Below are positions 38,301 through 47,300 of a stretch of 49,512 bases of DNA, piece after piece. This DNA is from Candidatus Omnitrophota bacterium (GTDB lineage Bacteria > Omnitrophota > Omnitrophia > Omnitrophales > Aquincolibacteriaceae), in contig JAQTOZ010000001.1 in NCBI GenBank assembly GCA_028713205.1, positions 1 through 49,512 of the forward strand, given 5' to 3'. The notes beneath the pieces are model-generated. The model saw only the letters and a program-made list of their open reading frames with translations, ran no database searches and was not told the origin of the DNA. The translations under genes and the position numbers were made by a program. Position 1 is the stretch's first letter, and every line of letters begins with the position of its first letter.

Positions 38301-41300
38301 CAGTCTTGCTGCGACCAATCTCCTGGATAGCGATACCGTTACGGTTGTTTCCCATGCGACGGGTGTTTCGGGCCAGCGGACGATCAAAGGGGACATTCAG
38401 GCGGCCAGTGACGGCACCGTCTATTGGCTCGAACAGGAAGCCGCGGGGTCGTCGCCGACTGTGATTCGGAAAGTTTCTTGTCCGGCCCGCACCGATCCGG
38501 CAACGGTTACCATTGATATAGCTCCGGTCAATGATGCGCCGGTTGCGACACCTCCCGCCGTGGGTGTGGTTCTTGCGGTCGGGACAAACATAACTCTTGG
38601 GGGAAGCGATGTGGATGGGGATATGCTTTCCTATGTGATTGTTGCCGGGCAGACGAGCGGGCGTACCGGCCATGGAACGTGGCAGCAATATGATCCTAGC
38701 GATTCAAGCAAGATCCGGTATGTCCCGGACGCCAATTATGAAGGCGCGGATTCTTTTACCTACAAGGTTTGGGACGGCAAAGCGTATTCGGCGGTTGTGA
38801 CGGTGAATTTCACGGTCGATGCCGTATGTCCCGTCATTCGAATCACAAGTTCGAATGAGATCAACCAACCGGGGACCTATGTTCTTACATTTATGGTGGA
38901 CGGGGTTGCGGAAAGTGCCAGCGGTGATGCACTCAGAGCCTTGCGCTTACCGCCGGGTAATTTGACGGAGGGATATAACGATTTTCAGATTGTGCGCCGT
39001 GACGTGGCCGGCAATGAAACGAGATTAACGTTCAGAATAACAGTGGATACGGTACCGCCGACGGTGACGGTGAGCGGGATTGTCAATGATTCGGTGGTGA
39101 ATTCAAGAGATGCGACGCTTACGATGGGCGGAGACGGTGTCGTTGCCTACAAGATCATCAAGTTCGATACCTGGGACTGGTCAGACGGCGGGCTGGTGAG
39201 TCAGCCTTATTATTTTCGCAATCTTTCCGAAGGCCGGCATTCGGTTTCGGTGATCGGCAAAGATGCAATCGGGAATTGGCAGACAACGCCGACCGTCATC
39301 ACGTGGACGGTGGATACGGTACCGCCGACGGTGACGGTAAGCGGGATTGTCAATAATTCGGTGGTGAATTCAAAGGATGCGACGATCACGATGGGCGGTG
39401 TCGGGGTCGTGGCATATAAAATTAAATGGAATGATTGGCCGGATTATCTCGATGGCGGATTGGTGTCTCAGCCATATCATTTTTATAATCTCCCCGAAGG
39501 CAGGAATACGATTTCGGTCATAGGAAAAGACGCCGCGGGGAACTGGCAGACAACGCCGACGGTTATCAATTGGACGGTGGATACGGTACCGCCGACGGCT
39601 GTGATCAGCGGAGCACCTCCGGCACAGACAACCGTTACCGACGCGACGCTGACGATCAGCGGTGATCAGGTCACCGCTTATAAATTTAAGTTGGATAGCG
39701 GAAATTATTCCGCCGAGACGGCGGCAGGGACTCCGATTACTTTGCATGGCCTCTCAGAAGGTCAGCATGCTGTCAGCGTTCTTGCCCGGGATGCAGCCGG
39801 TAACTGGCAGGCGGCCCCGACACAAGTGTCCTGGACGATTTTACCGCGGGAACGGGTCGTTCAAACTTTACCGTCCGTCGGATCCGATGGCGGGGTTCAG
39901 AGAGTGATTGTCGCCGAAATTTATGATGCAGCGGGAGCTAAAACCTATTCTGCGAGAGTGCAAAAACAAAATGCGGACGGAAGTTATCAAACCCTGCGTG
40001 AGTATGCGATCGCCAGTTACGGAGCGATCCAAGTGGTTGATACGACCTGGCAAAAGACGAGCTATTTTGTCGCAACGGCGACCGACGGCCGCAACTTGAC
40101 CTTCGGCTATTTGGAACCGAAACCGTCCGGGACAAAAAATTCATTTGAAGATGTGGATGGCCGCATGATTTACCGGAGCGGCCAGATTACGATCGGCTAT
40201 GCCGGCGGCGAGAATTTTATGGCCGATCTATCGGGTGCGGTTCCGTATGCAAAGATAACCCATTCAAACGGTCAGAGCGGCAGTCAATACCGGGATGTCG
40301 CCGTATACCATTACACGCAAACAGCTCCGGCCGGAAAGAAGCTGTTGTTTCAATATCAAGACGGGCCTGCCTCGAGCAATTGGAGTCCGATCTACAACGT
40401 CTATGGAATTCTTGAGCTTTCCGCGAAGGCTGATCCGTTGGTGGGAGATGAAAATATTCCCGTGACCGGCAAGATCACGGTGACGGATCCGGATGGTGAC
40501 AATATTACCTACACCCTTTTGTCGAATCCTGCGCACGGTACCGTGACGTTTGATGCGGCGGGGAATTACACCTTTAACCCCACAGCACACTGGTATGGTT
40601 CGGACACATTTCAGGTGAGGGTGAGTGACGGGAAGGCGACCTTGACGGTCAAGATCCCGGTGACGATTAATATGAAGGCGAATCCTCCGGCGATTGTCAC
40701 GATCCCGAATCAGAATGTCAACGAAGGAAGCACGCTCAATGTCAATATCAACGCAAGTTCGCAGGAACCGGGCGCCAGCGGGCTGAACGTCAGTGCGGTG
40801 ATGGTCAACGCCAGCGGCCAGGAAGTGGTTTTGCCGAATTGGATGCAATTGGTGACGAATGCGGACGGGACAAAGAAATTAGCGGTGACGCCCGGCCATG
40901 ATGCGTCGGGGACTTATAAACTTCGCGTAAAAGCGCAGGATACGGCGGGACAAGCGCAAGTCGATTTTACGTTGACGATTAACAATGTTGCCGTGCCGCC
41001 GGTGATGACGCCGGTTACGGAGAAGAATACCAACGAAGGGACCGAGTTATCCATCGGATTGACGGCCCTGTCCCGTGATCCCAATGCGGGTGATTTGATA
41101 TTCAATGCGGTATTATTGGACGCCAACGGGCAGGAAATTCCGTTGCCCGATTGGCTGAATTTTTCGAAGCTTGCCTCCCGCAATCCCCGAACCGGGGAGA
41201 TCACATGGTATTTGATCGCAGCTCCCGGTCATGATGCGTCGGGGACATACCGGATCCGTGCGAAAGCGACCGATTTGGCCGGAGAAGCACAGACCGATTT

Positions 41301-44300
41301 TACACTGACTATTAATAATGTAGCCGTTCCGCCGGTGATGACGCCGATTCCCGATCAGAATATAAGTGAAGGCACTACGTTGGATGTGAATATCAGCGCG
41401 CAATCGCAAGATCCCGGTGCCGGAGAGCTGACCGTGAGTGCGGTGATGTTAAATGAGCAAGGTCAGGAAGTGGCTTTGCCGGGCTGGATGCAAGTGTCTT
41501 CGAATGCGGATGGGAGCTGGGAATTAGTCGTCAGTCCGGGGCATAACGATGCGGGGTCCTATTCCATTCGCGTGAAAGCAACGGATTTGGCCGGTGAAGC
41601 GCAAACAGAGTTTGCGTTGACGGTCAATGATGTCGTCAACACTCCCGTTGCGGACCCTCTGACGGTGACGATCAACGAAGACTCTCCTTACACGGGTCAA
41701 TTGACGGGCACCGGAGAGAACCTCACTTTCCATCTTGCCCAGCCGCCGGCGCATGGAACCGTCGTGCTGAATTTGGACGGGACGTTTACCTATACGCCGG
41801 CCGGTGATTACAGCGGCGATGATACGTTTACCTATTATGCGGAAACCGGCTCGGTGGAGGGCCCCGAAAATTTTGCGGATGCTTTTACGAATCCGGCACA
41901 TCCGATTGTGAATCCTGCCGACGGATTTACTTATTGGGTGGAGAACGGTCAGGCCCTGATGCGAAAGAAAAGCGACGGGACCGGAAGCGTTGAAGAAGTG
42001 TTCCGTTTCCCTTACGGTGCTTACCAGGAAATGTCGGAGATTACACTGGATACCGGGCGGGGAAGAATTTATTACACGGACAATACCGGCTATGGCATGG
42101 GCATCTTAAAATGGCTCGACCTGAGTGACAACAGCCTCCATGTGTTGTCGACTCAGAGCGGATTGAAATCGCAGCTGACCTATGACGCGGCCAACAATCA
42201 GGTCTTATGGTACGACGCGGGCGGTGGCCGCATTCGCGGAATTAGCGTGGATGATCCGGACGGTCCTGTGAGGACCATTATTGATTGGTCTTACAATGCC
42301 GGTGTGGGACATACCTATGCGATCGGCGGCGGGAAAATTTATTGGCAAACGGTCGGCGATGAAAATGTGAAGCTCAAATGCGCGAATTTGACGGGGCCCT
42401 TCCCGATACCGGATTCGCAGCATACGGTTTTATTGAATTCCGTACATTTTGCCAGCAGCATGGCGGTGGATGCCGAAGGAGGGAAGGTTTATTGGATGCA
42501 CGGACACGATCAATCCATCCAGCGTTTAACGCTCAACGGCGGAAATGTGGAAACGGTGGTCCCGAGTCTGAGCCCCTATTCCTATACCATGCTGAATCTT
42601 TCATTTGATGAAACGAACGGCGATCTTTATTGGGCGAATACCACGGGGCATCCGACCATTCAACGGGCCGGAACCATTCCTCCGTCTGCTCCGGCCGCGG
42701 CAACGTTCCATGTGACACAGGTGCCCGATGCGCCGGTGATCACGCCGGTGGATCCGCAAACCGTCGATGAAAATCAGACGTTGCAATTTACGGTCCATGC
42801 CAGCGATCCTGATCAAGGGGACGTCCTGAGTTTCTCGGTCGAGCATATGCCGGACGGAGCGATGTTTGATCCGGCGACCGGGGTTTTTACCTGGCAACCC
42901 GGGGCCGATGCCGGCCGTACGGATCCGTATATCGTTCATTTGATCGTGACGGACCAAGATGGGCTTATCAGTACGATCGATGTGCGCATTACGGTCAATA
43001 ATGTGAACCAAACGCCTGTTGCCGATGCGAAACAGGTCGAAGGAACGGAAGATGTTTCTCAGGTGATTGTGCTATCGGGGACGGATGATGACGGTGATGA
43101 TTTGACATATGAGATCGTAGGAGGTCCCGGGCATGGGACGCTGAGCTGTGACGGAAATCGTTGCACGTACACCCCGGCGGCAAATTATAACGGGCATGAT
43201 TCTTTTACTTACCGTGTTTACGACGGTACGGAATATTCCGAAATTGCGGCGGTGGATATCGATCTGGTCGCAGTCAATGATGCGCCGGTGGCGCGGGATG
43301 CCGAGGGCACGGCGGACGAGGATAACGAATTCGTTTACCGGTTGAGTGATTTGATCAGTGATATTGATACGGCGATGAGCGGTTTGAGAATTTTCGGCGC
43401 GAGTCAGCCTATGCACGGCGGCATCATCATCGATTACGATAACGGCGAGTTTATTTATGTGCCGGATGAAAACTGGCATGGCACCGAGGTTTTTCAGTAT
43501 ATCGTCACGGACGGAGAGAAGACCTCGCAGATCAAACAAATTGTCATTCATGTGGCGAGTGTCAATGACACCCCGGAGGCAAACGCCGTGAGTGCGGAGA
43601 CAAATGAAGATGCTGTCTTGACGGGGCAGTTGACGGCAGAGGATGTCGATGGTGACGCTTTGACCTATTCATTGGTAGGTCAATCCGAGCATGGGACGGT
43701 GGTGGTCAATGCGGACGGCAGTTACGCGTATACGCCTGCAGCAAATTACAACGGGACGGATAGTTTCACGTTTAAGGTCAATGACGGAACGGTTGATTCC
43801 GAGGCGGTCACGGTGTCGCTCACGATCAAGTCCGTCAATGATGTCCCTGCGGGGAACCCGATGGATGCCGAGACGGACGAAGATGGGCAAGTCACGGGTC
43901 AGCTGACGGCGAGCGATCCTGAAGGGGATGCATTGACGTATTCTTTGGTGGGGCAGGCGGCCCATGGGACGGTGGTGGTCAATGCGGACGGCAGTTACAC
44001 GTATACGCCCGCAGCCAATTACAATGGGACGGACTTTTTTGCGTTTATCGTCAATGACGGTAAAGCCAATTCGGAGCCGGTAACTGTGTCGTTGACCGTG
44101 AAATCGGTCAATGATGCCCCTGTGGCGGATGCCGTCAATGAAGCGACCGATGAAGACGAAGCGATCACGGGGCAATTGACCGCGACGGACATTGATGAAG
44201 ACACTCTTACCTATCTGTTAGTCGCGCAGGCCGGGCATGGGACGGTGGTGATTCATCCGGACGGCAGTTACACCTACACGCCGGTAACCGATTTCAGCGG

Positions 44301-47300
44301 GGCGGATAGCTTCACGTTTAAGGTCAATGACGGTAAGACGGATTCGGCCGAAGTGACGGTCCATATCCGGATCGATGCGGTCAATGATGCGCCGGTTGTG
44401 CAGGACCGCGAGGTAACGATCGGTGAAGATGGGGATGTCTTCTTTGAACTTAGTACGCTTGTTTCGGATGTGGACAGCGCTGCCGGGGATTTCATTTATC
44501 TTATGGCCAAAGGGCCGGAGCATGGCGGTATCGCATGGGACACGGAAACCGGAAGTATTGTCTATGTCCCCGATGCGGACTGGAACGGGACAGATAGTTT
44601 TACATTTTATGTGTCCGATGGGGATAAAATTTCAAGGGAAGCACGATTTACGGTCAAAATCGATGCGGTCAATGATGCGCCGGTAGCCGATGGGGGCAGC
44701 GCCGAAACGGATGAAGATGCGGTGTTGACGGGCCAACTGACCGCGAGTGATGTTGAAGGCGATGCCTTGACGTATTCTTTGGTAGGGCAGGCGGCGCATG
44801 GGACGGTGGTGGTCAATGCGGACGGCAGTTACACGTATACGCCGGTAACAAATTTCAACGGGACGGATAGTTTCACGTTTAAGGTCAATGACGGAACGGT
44901 TGATTCCGAAGCGGTCACGGTATCGCTCACGATCAAGTCGGTTAACGATGCTCCGGTGATGACGCCGATTGAAGATCAGGAAGTGGATGAAAACGGGACG
45001 GTGCGTTTTACCGTGGAGGCCCAGGATGAGGACGGAAGCGCATTGACGCTTTCGGCGCTGGATATGCCTGAAGGTGCGGCATTTGATTTTGCAACGGGCG
45101 TGTTTAGCTGGAAGCCCGGGTATGAACAGGCGGGTACTTATACCGTCCGGTTCAGAGTGACGGACGGTGAATTGGCGGCTGATATTGATGTCAACATTAC
45201 GGTGAATAATGTGAACCGTGCTCCGGTGATCACGCCGGTGGATCCTCAGGTTGTGGATGAAAACTCGGACCTTGATTTTACGGTGAGTGCGAACGATCCC
45301 GACGGCGGGGCATTGACACTCTCAGCGTTTGATTTGCCTGAAGGTGCGACGTTTGATTCTGCGACGGGCGTGTTTAGCTGGAAGCCCGGTTACAATCAAG
45401 CCGGAACTTATACGGTGAAGTTCAGAGTTACAGACGGGGATTTAACGGATGAAATCTCAGTTGAGATCACAGTCAATAATGTGAACCGGCCTCCGGTGAT
45501 TACGCCGATTGAAGATCAGGAAGTGGATGAAAACGGGACGGTGAGATTTACCGTGGAAGCCCAGGATGAGGACGGAAGCGCATTGACGCTTTCGGCGCTG
45601 GATATGCCTGAGGGTGCGGCGTTTGATTTTGCAACGGGCGTGTTTAGCTGGAAGCCCGGGTATGAACAGGCGGGTACTTATACCGTCCGGTTCAGAGTGA
45701 CGGACGGTGAATTGGCGGCTGAGATGAATGTCAACATTACGGTGAATAATGTGAATCGTCCCCCGGTGATTACACCGATTGAAGATCAGGAAGTCAGTGA
45801 GAATAGTCCTGTGACATTTACGGTGTCGGGGACAGATCCCGACCAGGGCACGCAGCTGACGTTCTCGGCGCTTGATTTGCCGGAAGGCGCAACATTTGAT
45901 TCTGCGACGGGCGTATTCAACTGGACGCCGGGTTTTGAGGCAGCGGGAGAATACACACTGACCTTCAAGATCAGCGATGGCGAAGCGGAAGTGACGGAAA
46001 CAGTCAAGATCACGGTCGAGAATGTCAACCGGATACCGGTGGTCGGTACGCAGCAAGTGGAAGGCGCAGAGGATACCGTACAGTCCATTGTGTTATCGGG
46101 AACGGACAGCGACGGGGATACGTTGACCTATGAAATCGTCGGAAATCCGGAGCATGGGACGCTCAGTTGCGACGGGAACCGTTGCACCTACACGCCTGCG
46201 GCAAATTACAACGGTCATGATTCGTTTACATTCCGGGCCTTCGACGGTACGGATTATTCCGAGCCCGCAGCAATTGATTTGAATCTGACGGCAGTCAACG
46301 ATGCGCCTGTGGCGAACGACGTGGAAGTTTCGGTGAATGAAGATACGGATTTGATTTATCAACTCAGCGACATGGTCGGCGACATCGATACGGAGATGGC
46401 GGGACTGCATTTGTATTTTGCGAACCAACCGGAGCATGGCGGGATCGTCGTGGATTATGACTCGGGCGAGTTTATTTATGTTCCGGATGCGGACTGGATC
46501 GGGACGGAAGTGATCCGGTATGTGGCTTCGGACGGCGATAAAACGTCGGAGGAACGGCAGATCGTTATTCATGTCGCGAATGTCAACGATGCGCCCGTGA
46601 TCACGCCGATACCGGATCAGACGGTGGCTGAGGACGGCACGTTGACGTTTACGGTCGGCGTGTCCGATTCCGATGAGGGTGATCCGCTGACATTATCGAT
46701 TGAGGGTTTGCCGGCAGGAGCAACTTTTGATGTCGGGACAAAGACTTTCAGCTGGCAGCCCGGCTATGATCAAGCAGGGACATATACGGTTAGGATTCGC
46801 GCGACGGACGGAGATTTGACCGATGAGATTGACGTCAATATCACGGTCAATAATGTGAACCGTGCACCGGTGATTACGCCGGTTGATCCGCAAGTGGTGG
46901 ATGAAGACTCAGACCTTAATTTTACGGTCAGCGCAAATGATCCCGACGGCGGGGTGTTGACACTCTCAGCGCTTGATTTGCCGGAAGGCGCGGCCTTTGA
47001 TCCCGCGACGGGAGTATTCAGCTGGAAACCCGGATACAATCAGGCCGGCAGTCACACCGTCCGGTTTCAAGTCACCGACGGTGATTTGACGAGTGAGATC
47101 TCGGTTGAGATCACGGTCCATAATGTGAACCGGCCGCCTGAAGCCCAAGCGCAGCAAGTGGAAGGGGCAGAGGATGCTCCTCAAGTGATTGTGTTATCGG
47201 GGAGCGATAACGATCAGGATCACCTGACCTATGAAATCGTCGACGGACCGGAGCATGGGGCCATAAACTGTGATGGCAATCGTTGCACCTACACCCCGGC

